The notes under the pieces were generated by a model. That model was given only the letters and a program-made list of their open reading frames with translations, did not search any database and had not been told where the DNA came from. A stretch of 64,000 bases of DNA from Ginglymostoma cirratum (taxonomy: Eukaryota): NCBI GenBank assembly GCA_024137785.1, contig JAHRHZ010000283.1:59475309-59539308 (forward strand), written 5' to 3'. The translations under genes and the position numbers were made by a program. Shown here one piece after another: positions 1 to 13,741 of this stretch (position 1 is the first letter of the stretch; each line of letters opens with the position of its first letter).

Positions 1-104
1 ATTCCTTTCACAACAATGGTTGAACTTTGAAAAATCAATTTATCCATATTCTCTTTTGCCTAATAATGATATGTGGAAACAGAAAGGCATGGAAACAAAA
101 GATT

Positions 105-392
105 GCTGTCATAGAGTCGTACAGCATGTAAATAACCCTTTGGTTCATGTTGTTCATGCTGACTAGGTTTCCTAAACCGAAGTAGTCCCACTTGTTTGCA
201 TTTGGCCCTTATCCTTTAAGCATTTTCTTTCCATGTATCTCTCCAAATGTCTTCTATATGTTATAATTTTACTCACCTCCACTTCGTCTGGCAGACTGTT
301 CCACATACGCACCACCTTCTGTGTGAAAAGGTTGCCCCTCAGGTCCCTTTTAAATCTTTCCCCTCTCACCTTATATCTATGCCCTGTAATTA
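105..392 (-). mobile_element. CR1-type LINE 3' end fragment
   Basis: Minus ORF RGERFKRDLRGNLFTQKVVRMWNSLP is the typical CR1 ORF2 C-terminus and is followed by a CR1-like tail. Confidence 0.8.
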
Positions 393-539
393 ACCCTGGG
401 GCATTTTAGAGAGGCTTTCATTTTTCCTTCAAGAATTGCCACACCGCTGCAGTTGAATGCCCTCTTTCCCTGCCCATTTATTTTATCCCTCTGCTCTCAA
501 TCCATTCCTTCCCAAAATAAGTTAACCTTATCCTGATTC

Positions 540-820
540 TCCTTGCACCAGTCTTCACTTTCAGTGGACCATCCTCCACTTCTAGCCTGATGCCACCAAA
601 TACCTTCCTTTCTCCTACTGTTTCAGTGCAAGGTAACCATAGACCTGGGTGTAATGGAGGTAATTACTCAGTCACCCTTAACACTGTCTTCTCCCACCAC
701 CCCCGTGCACCTTTCCATCCAAGTGCAGGAGACGTAGCATCTGTCCTTTTATCACCCCAGAGAACATTTAAAGGGTCTCGCAGCAATGTGAACACTCTTG
801 TGTGACTACAGATTGGGTGA
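540..820 (+). mobile_element. Highly degraded Penelope-like ORF fragment (Cys-rich linker before GIY-YIG)
   Basis: cacctttccatccaagtgcaggagacgtagcatctgtcctttt resembles the GTFPCxxRRCxxCPF motif of Penelope ORFs; frames are broken. Confidence 0.4.
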
Positions 821-1360
821 AGAAAATCTCTCCCCACACTCGGAGAAGCTAAATGGCCTGTCCCCAGTCTGAAATCACTGGTGCCTCAGCAGGTGTTTCC
901 TGGAGCATTTCTCACAGTCATAAATACCTCTAAATACTTTGTAGAATTGCGGAAGAATAGATGCCAAGTAGGAAGGAGATAATCAAGGCCAAAAACACGT
1001 TTGCCTTTTGAAAGCAGATGAGATGATAAGACGGAGGTGTTGGTTGAGGGGTGGCTGGAGAAATGATCGCTGAAAAATCATTAGGGAGGTTGTAATGATC
1101 AAATCAGAGAGAAAGACGGGTAGCCCTTCACATGTGAAATAGTAACCTCGCTTCTTCTTTCAATTGCTGACTGTGCATTTATAAGTTCCTTGTTTTAACA
1201 TCGAGAACCCTGTGGGATTCAGAGGGACAACTGTTTGCAGTTTCATAGTGGCAGGGCAAATCACGAGTCAACCGTTCCCTTCCAGATGCACTGAGATTTT
1301 CACTTATTGTAATCCATCTTTCCTCCTTTTTTATATTTCAGAAAAAGTAGATTATGGAGA

Positions 1361-1756
1361 ATGATGAACTTTCGCCAGCGAATGGGTTGGATTGGAGTAG
1401 GATTATATCTTCTAGCAAGTGCTGCAGCCATTTATTATGTATTTGAAATAAATGAAACTTACAACCAATTGGCTTTAGAGCATATTCAACGGAACTCTGA
1501 GGACCTTGGCAATGGAGCTTCTTGGACACAGACAGTAACAGCACGCTTGTTTTCACTCCCATTCTGGCTGTGGGGTCTCCTGTTTCTGATTCCATACCTA
1601 CAAATCTTCTTGTTCCTGTACTCGTGTACAAGAGCCAATCCCAAAACAGTTGGCTACTGTATTTTCCCAATCTACTTGGCTGTTGTTTGCAATCGCCACC
1701 AAGCTTTTGTCAAAGCCTCCAATCAAATCAACAGATTGAAAATAATTGACACATGA
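1361..1756 (+). CDS. LYSET: Lysosomal enzyme trafficking factor LYSET/TMEM251, main coding exon (131 aa from Met-Met)
   Basis: MMNFRQRMGWIGVGLYLLASAAA...LFLYSCTRANPKTVGYC...HQAFVKASNQINRLKIIDT matches TMEM251; two hydrophobic helices; polypyrimidine-AG acceptor at 1340-1341; syntenic with GON7/UBR7. Confidence 0.97.
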   Translation: MMNFRQRMGWIGVGLYLLASAAAIYYVFEINETYNQLALEHIQRNSEDLGNGASWTQTVTARLFSLPFWLWGLLFLIPYLQIFLFLYSCTRANPKTVGYCIFPIYLAVVCNRHQAFVKASNQINRLKIIDT

Positions 1757-2267
1757 ATGGACTTTAGGTTATGATAAGTTAACACCAAATCAAGATTCAG
1801 AGCATGAATGTTTAATTTGATGTAATCTGTAATGAAATATCTGGCTGCACCTGAAATTTCGTTACTGTGGTTTTAAAATTATGTTATTTGGGATGGTACA
1901 AATCCTGCAGACAACTGTGTAGGCTGACATTGTTTGGATTTTGTTAATGTTTAAAAGTCAATCACCATGAATCACTCCAGTAACCCCTCACAGTGTGCAC
2001 ATTTCAGAAATTTTCATTATTTTCCAATGGGAATTCTGAGCTCTTTTAAGGCTACTTTGGTGGCAAGGGGTTTCATTCGTTATCCTTCCAGATGCTTTAA
2101 ACTTATATTTTTGTCTTTTGCACTTCAGTTTTTAACTGTGACTGAAAATAAGATACAGTAAATGTTTTTCTATCTCTAGCAAAATGTCTATTTCGGTTAA
2201 TTCAAAAAACAGATTACATTCACACCAATCATTTTTGGAAATGGTGTGTTTTCAAAATGGCCTTGTG

Positions 2268-2273
2268 AATAAA
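2268..2273 (+). terminator. Candidate LYSET polyadenylation signal
   Basis: AATAAA ~510 nt after the stop codon, followed by a U-rich tract at ~2305-2318. Confidence 0.5.
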
Positions 2274-4098
2274 GATTATTTGACCATCTACTAATGTCAT
2301 TTCCTTTTTTTTTTGTTTGCACAAAACTTTAACCTGTGTTCACTTCAGCTCCCTTGCCAGAATGTAGCAAAGGAAGATAATTTACTGTAAATTCATGTAT
2401 TCAGTTAATAAAGGGCTATCCCTATAACTAAAGTCATTTTGGATAAACCGAAAGAGCTGGTAAACCTTTTGTTTTTAAATATTGTAAAATCACCAGGTTC
2501 TGAACGTAATGTGTGACTTAGTTCACCAGCAGTCACAGGCCAATCGTATTTGGGTGATTAATGTATCAATATGAGTCTTGATTATTAGTTATGTAGAGAA
2601 GGGAGATTCAGGATCACTTATTTTCTGTTTAGTTCATTTTTAAATACAAATTTAAACAGCACTGGACTCTGCATTAAGATGGTAAGACAAAGATCTGTAC
2701 TAAACTAGTAGCCATTTATCATGCATTGTAACCTGATTAGAAGTATTTGAAAGACAAATCAGATTTTAAATTATAATCGTAAGTCCTTTACAAAAGCACT
2801 GATGGGGGAAAGTCAGCTTATTGTGATCCAGGCAAAGTATCACTTTGCAGAGCAGCAGATTACAGTGAAAAATTACAGAACGACCCTGCACTCTCTTAAT
2901 GGTTTTCTACAAATTCTAATACAAATTGTTTTTATACTTTTAGTGAAGAGCATTTCAGTGATCATACCACAAGGAGAGATTTTTTAATAAAGTTATTTTA
3001 TACAAATCCTGATTTGCAGCCTATTAACTTATGCCAGGATATTTCAGCTGCTTTTAGGATAAATTAAATTCCTTGCAACATTCATCTCACTTCCTGTTGT
3101 GACTTGATTATTGGAGTTGGAAGGGAAAAAGACGACTGTCACAAACTTAACCTGACACGATTATATAAAATGTATAAAAAGGAGTCTAACTGACTTCCAA
3201 GAAGTGCTGAATAACCAAGGTAGGTCCAGCATGCATCTAATGCATCTACTAGAGGGTACTTTTGTTGCCTCTCTGCACTCCATCTGGATGTTGAAAACTA
3301 CATTTTGGGAAACTACCTGTATTTGTTGCACAATTTGGCCAAATAGGGATTTATTTGAAGTGTCTATATTCCAAAGTAATTGATTCTATATAGACTACTT
3401 TGAAATATTTCTGTAGCAATGTCATCAAGTGCTGCTCAAATGCTAACCTGACTCTGTAGTATGAATAGCTGAGGAATGAAGGATTATTGATGTGAGCTGA
3501 GGCAGTTAATCCTTCATTTTCTCCTACATGGGACATAAATTTGGATCATTCATCTGTCTGAAAGGAAACAGCAGACTGTGCAGGGGATGTTTTGTTTATT
3601 TATGTGTGGCTGATTGCTGCATGTAAAATGAATTTAATGGTATTGCCATAAACTAATATTATAATATGGTGCCAATAAGACAGCTGTGAATGTTTTGCTT
3701 TTTTAAAAATATGTATATTAAAGCCATTTAAGCATTTAAGACCTGTGCTAGTTTTTGGAACCCCAGCTCATCCAGAATACATATGTGTTTTAACTGATAT
3801 ATAGACAATTGTAATAAATATGGTGCTGGTTTTGCTGCTGCTTCTGTTATTACGAAACTTCCTTATAATAAAGTCTTTTAATGAGTGTGAACATTTGGTT
3901 TAAACCAGTTTAAAAATATCCAGTATTATATAGACTCAGAAGTATCTTGCTGTTTTCAATACCCTAGTGAAAATAATTCATCTGTAGGACTGGAAACTTT
4001 GAATGCGCTAACGTTCTAGTCAGATGGGCTTAGATGTAACCAAGTCATCTTGGTGCTCTAAAGTCATTTAATAAGAAACATAGGTCGAGTATTGTTCT

Positions 4099-4315
4099 AA
4101 GGTAACAAGGTGTAAAGCTGGATGAACACAGCAAGCCAAGCAGCATTAGAGGAGCAGGAACGCTGCCGTTTCGGGCCTAGACCCTTTTCTGAAGAAGGGT
4201 CTAGGCCCGAAACGTCAGCCTTCCTGCTCCTCTGATGCTGTTTGGCCTGCTGTGTTCATCCAACTCTACATCTTGTTAGCTCAGATTCTCCAGCATCTGC
4301 AGTTCCTACTATCTC
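4099..4315. mobile_element. Penelope-like pLTR inverted (hairpin) insert with hammerhead core
   Basis: Inverted arms 4103-4186 and 4195-4278; CTGAAGA-A-GGGT CTAG GCCC-GAAACGTC at 4189-4216; flanking duplication TCGAGT(A/T)TTGTTCT at 4085-4098 and 4314-4327. Confidence 0.8.
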
Positions 4316-5677
4316 GAGTTTTGTTCTGCTGGATTTAAAATTTTTAATATTTAGTTTTGGTCCCGTAATTTTTATGTGCATTCTAAATTTAATTTCAGCA
4401 TTTGCTGTCTGCTTCACTGCTACCAGAAATAATCCACAGACCTCTGTTGAACGCAATTCTTCAGCAAACTCCAAAGAAACAAGGTTGTCAGCTATTATCA
4501 TCACCTGATTTATAAGTGAGACTTATAAATGTGGCGGAGTTTGACAATGCTTTCAATAACCTCACATTGTGTTGGAACAGCCATGAACAGCTGACAAGAA
4601 CTAACCATATAGTTATTTCTTAAAAATTAATCATTAATGAGAACAGTGTAAATGCTGTATTACTTGACATCATTTAGGGTTAGGAGCTTTGTTATCGACT
4701 TGTGATTAAGTTGGGCAAAGTCTGTATTTCGCCTTTTAAAATCTCATTACTGCTAAAGCAAATGGCTTGTGCATGCAATGGCAATATTGCAAATGGTCTA
4801 AATCTCCCAGCTTACAATTTGTCCATTGTAGAATTGTTCTGTAGTTTGGTTTCTAAGTGTTTGTTTGGATCTTTGTAAAACTAGATAAACACAATAATCA
4901 AAACTAAGGAGGTACAATTCATCCCCTCAATGATAACTTCTGAAGTTGTCTTAACTTCCAATTTGTATTTTGTATCATTTAATTCAAGTGTCTCAGTGTA
5001 GAAACAACAGGCTACCAACTAAAGTACTTGTAATACAGGAGTTAGAGCATCTATCTCATTGTTACTTCATGTAGAGAACTATGCAGGGAATAAACAGTAC
5101 TGTACTGAATTCTTAACAATTTGTGGGATCAGTTTCCTCTGTTTCAGTACTTTATGTGCACGCAAGCCATGCAAATGAGTACAACTTTTAAAAATTTTAT
5201 AAATGCATGCAAAACTAACTTGCGGCATTTAATTCCCTTGTGTCTTCTCCTCATGTAGAATCGTTTTACTTGAAACTGCTAAAAACCTAGAGATTGTTTG
5301 AACAATCAAGTTAACCCAATACGTTTTTCAATAGCAATAGTCTACCTCTTTTTAATACACTTTCATTTATTGCATTTATAGCAATTGGTGGCCCCGTACT
5401 TGATGTTTAAAAAGTCACAAGATTCTTGATCTTCTGGACACAATTTCCAAATCAAAGAAAGCTAATGTTAAGAAACAAATGTTTTTAACATACAAAGTTC
5501 TGAAAGAAAAAAACATTCCTTTTCTTTCAAGATACAAACAAATCCTTAACTAGACCACTAAACTCCAAACATACGATCCAAAAGTTACTTTATGATTTGG
5601 GTAAGTCTACTGCTGACCACTGGGTAGTACCTTGGGGAAGTGCTAGTGGGAGTGATTGATAGAGTGGCTGTTCCAAG

Positions 5678-6339
5678 AATTGTTGTTTCAATGATTTGTC
5701 CTTTGGCTTTTGAAATACAATAAATATTGTTTTAGTACAGAATTGTTTTAAGTGATTTTTGATGATTCAATACATGATTATGTGGAATTTGCTGATCTCA
5801 GGCGTTTCAATAGTCAGTGCATTGACAATTGGTTCCAATGTGCCATCATGTTTGTACAGTCATAGCAAATTGATCGTATATAGGTGTTGAGCAAGGATTA
5901 CCTCAGTGACTGAACAGCAAAAAAATGGCCATATTGGCTTGGATATGGGACAGCGGAAGATTCAGGTTCATTGTGGGAACAAAGTAAATTTATATTTACA
6001 TGAAAGACTTTGTGGTACAAATAGACATAGCCAGGTGTGAGTACTACTTCATGGCTGAGTACCACATTTTATTTTGTATGAACTCTACAGCCCATGAAGT
6101 TTTTATTTTTCCTCATGTGTTTACTATTTATCTTGTACATTATCTGGAGCAGAAGTATCTTCATGTTTACAGTAACTAGATATCCAGGTCAATAGAAACT
6201 GAATCATGATAAACAATATTTGTGTTTATACATTAAAGATGTATAATTGTTGTTTCAATGATTGTCATTTGGTCCTTTTGCTTTTGAAATACAATAAATA
6301 TTGTTTTAGTACAGAATTGTTTTAAGTGATTTTTGATGA
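5678..6339 (+). repeat. Dispersed direct repeat of ~90 bp containing AATAAA
   Basis: 5706-5765 and 6280-6339 are identical over 60 nt; similarity extends ~30 nt further upstream in both copies. Confidence 0.85.
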
Positions 6340-6775
6340 GTTAAAAAATAGAAAACATCAGTAAGCCCTAGAGAAGTAAACTTACTAACCTGGGCTTAGT
6401 AATGAAAATAAAATTTAGAAATTTCTAACTAGTAATATTACATGTAAACAGACCAATCAGAGCTATCTATCAAAATAGGAGGGTAGAGGAATAGTTTCCT
6501 TAAAATACAGAACTTGTAACAAACGTAGAAAATCTTTTATAAGTGCAGTTATGATCCAAAATTCAAACTAATTTTGCACCTCTGGTTCAAAATTAATTTT
6601 ATAAGAGAGTCACCTTTATTCCAACCATAACAGGCATTGTGGATCCTTCAAAAGGGAATTATTAGCAGTCCATAAATTCATAGTACAACAATTTCATTAG
6701 CTTAAGGAATAGCAGATTTTGCACTGCTTGTTAAGGAAGGTTTGATTTTTTAAAAAAAAAATTTAAAACATTGTT

Positions 6776-6966
6776 CTCTCTTGGCTCCATCGCCATCTAT
6801 CGTTTTTTCCCCACGCCTTCACCCTTGTCTTCAGCATATATACCATCTTTACGTAGCTACAATCAGTTCTGAAGAAGGGTCACTGGACCCAAAACGTCAC
6901 CTCTGCTTTCTCTCCCCGTTTGTTGCCAGACCTGCTGGGTTTCTCCAGTAATTTCAGTTTTTGTTT
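6776..6966 (+). mobile_element. Penelope-like pLTR fragment (family B) with mutated hammerhead
   Basis: CAGTT-CTGAAGA-A-GGGTC ACTG GACCC-AAAA-CGTC at 6864-6898 (G12 changed to A), then the typical gccagacctgctg...ctccag tail. Confidence 0.7.
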
Positions 6967-7009
6967 AAAACATTGGTTCAGCCTTTAGTGGAGTATGGAG
7001 TCCAGAAGA

Positions 7010-7560
7010 AGAGATATAGCATTAGAGAAGACGTAGAAGAGATTCACAATTATTCAAAGTTCAGAAGCTTTGGTTATGGGGATAGATTTGAGAAACAGAC
7101 CATTCCTCTTGAAAAGATATGATAGAAATATTCAAAAATCTTGAGGTCTGGACAGTGTATAATGGGGAAGAAACTGTTTCCATTGATGGAAGGATTCAGA
7201 ACCAGTGGACATAGTTTAAAACGATTGTCAAAACAAGCACTGATGGAAGATTTTGTTTAAAAGATACACTGAACTGTTGAGTTGCATTGCACTGCCTGAC
7301 AGTGGTGGTAGCAAGATAATTTGAGGCCCTTAAAAGAGTTGCATAGTTAACTGGTTAGAACATGCAATGTGAGGTGAAAGTTATGATTTAATGTTTTTCT
7401 GCTGCAAAGATGCCCAATGCCCACACACCAGTTGGCTTGCCCAGACCCTCTGATCAACCGTGCAGTCATGTAGCTTAAAAGGAACATTGGATGGGAGGGG
7501 GTGAGTGGTACGAGGCGAAGACACATGGTGGATTCTATGCTGCAATCATTCTATGCTTCT
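7010..7560 (+). mobile_element. Degraded CR1 LINE 3' fragments
   Basis: Decayed ...RRFT...FKILRGLD...FPL..GSRTRGH similarity and attctatg tail repeats. Confidence 0.55.
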
Positions 7561-8990
7561 AAGATCATTTGACAACAGAGCATCAACTAATGGCAATAAT
7601 GTTGTTAGCTGGTGTTATGATTGTAGTAAGGTATGTGATTCATATATTTGAATGTAATTTATTTTTGAATTTGAACTAGTGGCATGCGGGCTGTGTATGC
7701 CTGAAGGAGTTTAATGATTAACTGGTTCTATAGACAAGGTGACTAACCAAAAAAAAAAACTTGAAGTTAATGGAAATTCTTTTGCATTGTTCACTTGTAA
7801 ACTCTCCCAAAGTAATGCTGGGGTTATTTCTGGAAGCTTAAGGAAAACACCCATAACTTTTTAATTAGCATTTTAGTTTAAGTCAGTTCTGCACATAGTA
7901 ATTGGCCAAAACTGGACATATAAAGTAGTTGCTCATGTGAAAGGGAGAAGATTGTTTAGAATTGTTAAAATAAGTTACCTCATTGTGTGGAATTTAGTTG
8001 AAAAATTCTAGACTCTTAAGTGTTTGGTTAAAACTCTTAAAATTTCTCACCTCCACGTGATCTAAGTTCCGTTATAAGATGAATTAAGGAAGATGCCAAC
8101 AGATTTTCATGACTGGGAATTGAAGCCACAGCTAGGTCAAATTCAGTGTGGGATAGAATGTTCTCACTGGCATTTGAATATTGTAAGGGGATGCTTTTGG
8201 GATTAATGAGATTATATTTGCTCCTGTGTTTCAAAACCTTTAAATGTTATACATAAAAAAGTTTGATTTATTCTAATTCAGATTTTCATGTAAGAAACTT
8301 GTTTTTTTGTTAAAACCAAATCTGCAACACTGCACACGTATACATTGCAGTGAGAGATCACATTAAAAACAAAAAACAGCATGATCTATCAAGCCCAATT
8401 TCAGTTTGGGATCATATTACAGCGTTTTATACAATTACTCAATCTTTTCAGAACTACACCTCTGAAGTTGAGCCAGCAAGAGATGAAAAGTATTGTGCTG
8501 TGGCTGTAAGTCATTTTAATGAAGAAATCTAATTACAAACTCCCACTGCCTTGTCAGAGTCAATCTAACAGCAATCATCTAGGGCTCACTATGGGAACAT
8601 GGGTAAATTGCAGGCTTAATTAGTTGTCTTAAAATCACTGAAAGTTTGTTAAAATAGTCACGATGTTCCTATTCGCATATCTACTTTAGACAAGATCTCC
8701 ACTATGGAGATCTGTCCTTGTCACTCAGACAGTCTGCAAGACTTAATTTTCTCTGAAAAAAAGCAAAAGCAAAACCAAGAACATTACAGAATTATCACTT
8801 TTTATGGTTTACATAAGAAACAAATGTCAGGTTTTTCAAAATTTGTCCACTTTCAAAAATATCTTTAAGCAGTAGAAAAAGTTGAGCAGCCATGAAGTGC
8901 CTTAATTTAAACTGGTGAGTGTTTTTAAAGGAAGTTGTCATTGCAGCATCTCAAACAAACTGGAGCAGTTAGACAGCTTCAGATGGTAAG

Positions 8991-9079
8991 TCAACATTGT
9001 TTCCTAGTCCTTTTTGAAGGAGGTGCATCTCCATCTCCTTTATCAGCTGGTTCGTCTTCACTGTCATCTTCATCTTCAT
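8991..9079 (-). CDS. GON7: GON7 exon 2 (last coding exon)
   Basis: AG acceptor at 9081-9080; phase-1 join gives (D)EDEDDSEDEPADKGDGDAPPSKRTRKQC*, matching the acidic/basic C-terminus of GON7 (human ...DDEDDAEDE...GPSAKRPKTPS). Confidence 0.9.
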
Positions 9080-12000
9080 CTGATTGAAACAATTATAGCA
9101 AAACAGATTTTATAAATTAGCAATGTGACCATCTGGATCCAGGCTCCAATACATTATAAACAAAAGCAAACTATTGAGATTGCTGGTAATACCTGAAGAA
9201 AGAAACAGCATTGGGTAGAAGGCAAGGGGATATTAAATTCCAAAAAGGATGATACTGCAAGCTAAGGGTAGGGGTGGGAGGAAGAGTAATGCCACAAGTA
9301 TAGAAAAGATTCATAAGGAGCTGTAATTACAGGTTTTAAAGTGTGACCTCTAAATCAACTTGGTGAAAGATCAACCATTGAGGTAATTCAGCTTGCTGAG
9401 ATTTCTAGCATATTAAAAATAAACTGCATTGGACACCAAACATTACGAGTGTGACATCATGATCTCTAGACTAAACAATTTAAGTCCTACATGAAGAAAT
9501 GATATTGCCCAAGTCTGGTCATTTGTCAGTCAGCCCCAGAGATTGGCTGCAATCAAAGACATAACTGGACAACTCGGTCCTTCAATAGAAAAAATGTCTG
9601 TCCAATCCATTCGTTCAACAAACCCCAATCTCAGTTGTTGTTGTTGATTAAGCTAAAATTTCAAAACAGGCTTTTGTGAAGTTTAAGATTGTGATTTATT
9701 CCTCAGTCAGTCAATGGCGTTGTCACGTCCAAGCTATGATTTGCTAAAAGCCTCAGTGTTAAGGGGGTGAAAAATTGGCTGGGTTTAACATCAAGGCTCA
9801 TTGTAATGGAGTGCAAGGTGATGATTGGATCAGGCTCAATTATACTACCTACTATCCTGCCAACTGCCCCAGAAAAATTAGTCTACCGACTATTTATGTT
9901 CATGCATGAGGAATCCCCTCTGAGTGAGCAAAGTGACGAATTCTCATTGAACAGGGTACCAAAAAGAACATTAGATGAAACCTATTTGGATTGGCAGAAT
10001 CCTTAATTCCAGGAAGCTCCTGCATGGCAACTAATGGTTTCCAAAATTATTACAGAAACCTGTGATAGGGCAGGGTGAATGTAGGCTCAGGAAGGTTCAG
10101 TTCCGCAAGCAGAATAAGATCCTCCAACATGTGTTATGGGTGTCTCAGCTAAACTAATTTCACCACCAGCTTCTTAGGGTAATTAAGGTATGAAAAATAA
10201 TTGCTGGCCTAGCCTGTGACATCCACAACCTATGAACAAGCCAAAAAAAGGAAGATGCCAAAGCATAGGCAAAGGAGTCAGGCAATTGGAGCAACTGGCT
10301 GAGAAGGAGTAAGGCATAGCAACAGGACAATCAAACCGAATACGCCCTTGCAATAAAGTTTAAAAAGCAAGGCAGGGAGATGGTCTTTCAATACATTGAT
10401 GGAGTTAGATGTAACAGCACGAAAGGAGGCTTGTGTGAAAAGCTTATTTCTGTACTCTAAATGCTTTAGGAAGCACTTTATGTTGCAAATTATCCTGATA
10501 ACACCTTAGTTGACCTGCCTTATTTTTAAATTAAATTGATCCATTGCCATCTCAGTGTACTAAAGATAAACACCTTTTACTCAATTCCTCTTTCCAAAAG
10601 CACACAAGTTTCCTTCATCAAAATCATCTTCACTTCTGGATCATGAGGTACAACATCTACTTAACTGCACTGTTGCCAAACCATGGCTGAAAAATTCTCT
10701 CAAGCCAATACCGTAGCATTATACACTAAAAGACATTGCATAGAGCTCAACTTTAGTCAGACAAGAGATTTATCCCGAACAGACGTGTTGATAGCTAAAA
10801 CCAAGAGCTCCACAATAATGATTCATTTGGCAGTAATAACATCTTCTTTGTCAATCATGTTCATATTACAGACATCAGCATATTTTCCTTAATGTAAATT
10901 CATGTTCTCATCTGTTCAATTATTGCTCCTAGTAATTGTACGATAGTGCAGCTTCTCTGCACAAAACTATTACATTTAAAGCTCAGCATTTTGTTGGGGG
11001 CATGGCGGGGGGGAGCTGGTGGAATAGGGAGGTTACTTTTCTAAAAAAGTGCATAACATTCATTTGAATTGACTGAACAATGACAGCAATGACTCTAACA
11101 AGACTAGGAAAGGAATAATTTCATCCAAACAAAAAAGGTGAAATAATTGCATGCAAACTAGCTAGGAAACTTTGGTACAAAGCAAACTTGAAATTTAAAA
11201 ACCAACCTCGCTGAAAATGCACTTCACCAAGGGTTAGACACTGAAAACAGGCAAAATTAACAAAAACAAAAATACCAGTTCACTTAGTCTCACACGGTCT
11301 AGGCATCACAACATTAACACCTTCTCATCTAGCCGAAGATAGGTAAATCTCATGGGAAAGGCCAATCAGATTTAAAAATCCCAGCCCAATTAGCAGGAAA
11401 CAAATTTGGAAAACAATTTATTCCGTACCTTGACAAGTGCTGACGGGCCACTGTATACTTCCTGAATTTTCTATTAATTTTATTTCAGATTTCCAGCATT
11501 TATAACGGTTCATTATTTTACTGAAATTTACAAACATCTTTTTCACAATTTAAAAAGGTAAAATAATGAAGATTTTGTTTTGCGTGAAATAAGATTTCCC
11601 GGAAGATGCAAAAGGTAATTATGAATTCTGTCATCAGGAGAAAAAACAACAAACATTTAATTGAACAAAATGATTTTCAGCCTTTTTTTTCACGCGTGCA
11701 AAAGGCTGGACTGTGCTCTAGTATCATTTTTAAAACGTATTGCGAGTTGAGTTATTAGTTTGAATGAATCATGCTGCCAGGCAGTACCCGCCAGAACTAA
11801 AAAGCCATTTCTGATATACTGTAAATCCACCGGTCTCTGTTCACTATTTTTAATTAATTTTAAAGTGATGATAAGTAACAACATATACTTCATGCCAAAT
11901 TATTGCTAGCTGGAAGTGTACATGTCAAGAATTCTGCCTTTTCTAGGAAGCCTAACAACATGCACTTAAATACTTTCCCCAGTGACTATGAAAAGAAAGG

Positions 12001-12790
12001 GAGCTTCATGTTAATAATTAAAACAATGTAACATCCATGTTATTATGTAGAATATATTGCTTTGTAGAATACAAAGCACAATTCTGAGTTACTTTTAAAA
12101 AACCTACAAATGATTTTCACAAAAACACATTGTTAAAAATACCAAGAATACATTCCAATCTTTCATTCTAGAGGCAAAGTAACAATAATTACTCATCTTT
12201 AACATTGTTCTTATTAATAGAAATCCTGCAGCAAATCTGAAATGTACAACACGCCCAAGCAAGCAGAAACTAGGAGGTACCCCCGTGGGGAGAAATGCAA
12301 GGAAGAGGCAATGAGATGTTCCAGATTGTTCTCTTAGTGTTTTAAAACAGTACCAACATACCAATGGCAGAATTCTGGCACATGGGTTCAAAACACTTCC
12401 AAAAGAAAAAAACAAAAAGAAAAATACAACTTAAAAATCAAGATCAATATCAAAAATATAACCAAGGATGAATCCACCCTAATTGTACAACAGGCAGCTA
12501 GAATATTTGTAACTGGGAGGGAAAAGATGGCTTCCAAACAATTAGTCTGGTCTTGATCAATCAAGAAAAGGCCTAATGGAAAATTCAGGATCAGTCTTCA
12601 ATGAAAACTTCAAAAGGCTTTAAACAACATTCTTCACATAAATCAGATCATATATTGTTTAAAATCACTACTGCAAATAGGTCAACACTGTTTAGTTGCA
12701 AGCAGCTCATGTTTCATGCCTTGGCACCATGTATCCCAGGATATTTTTGTCTTAAATACAGTTTGGGAAATATATTGAATATGGCTATAT

Positions 12791-13300
12791 AGTTATGATG
12801 AATGCCTGTGGATATTTTAAATTATACAGTAAAATGGCTGTTGTTGGTGCCACATTTTCATAAGGCACACGTTTAGTGACATGACTAATCTTGACACCAT
12901 TCACTCAAACAGTAAACCCAACTTCTCTTGCTGAACTCCAAACGTGTCCATTAGGTTTGGACTCTTGATGAGATTTTCATTTTTGCCTAGTTTCTCTTCC
13001 AACTATAATAACTCTGAACTCTATGTCCTGTCCCGTCTGTGCATGAACATGTACGTGCCAGGGTTTAAAGATACGTAGTAGTTAATAACCCATTTTGCCT
13101 TTTTCTACAGACTAAGTTTATTCATAATAAATACATTTGTGTGTTTATTAATTAAAAATTAGGAGGAAGTCTTTTTCTTGTCCAAGATATTTGTAAATTT
13201 AAAAATCTTGGTGATTCAATTGAACATTTACAATTTCAGGACATCCCATGGAGAAGTGGGACTTGATCACCAGAGTATTCCTCCTGTCAAAGCGATAACA
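12791..13300 (+). mobile_element. Possible solo LTR (old)
   Basis: Ends (A)GTTAT...ATAACA form a short inverted terminal repeat; ~510 bp; internal AATAAA at ~13126. No clear TSD. Confidence 0.35.
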
Positions 13301-13741
13301 TTCACATATTGCCAGCAGCACAAGATGGGGACATCTGCAGTCTCAACTGCCACCGATGATGCAGTCCGCCTATGATGGCCACTTCACTTTATTTAAAATA
13401 AAACCCTCCTCTGTCCTTCTCTTCTCTTCTCTTCTCGATATATTTTAAGTTCATCCTCTTCCCCACAGTTCCTATCCCTCTCCACTTCAATTCTGTTCCG
13501 TAGAAACAGTTTAAAACGAAAAAGAAATTTTGTTTCCTCACCTGTGATTCTAAATTGCTACCTACGATAGCCTATGAAGACAATTTGCTTTGAACTTCTA
13601 TAAAATGGATATAGAGTTGACGGGAGACAGGATGTAAAGGGAAACAGCTGGAGGGATTGAGTTTGAGATCGGTGCCCAAGGCACGAAAGGGAAGGCAGGT
13701 ATGGGCTGGAAGGAAAGGGAAGACGAGGTGCTCCAAGTTGT

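Noticed and set aside
4103-4278. Possible miRNA precursor or DNA-transposon MITE
   Set aside because: The arms recur singly elsewhere as Penelope pLTR ends with long variable TSDs, so this is an inverted retroelement structure.
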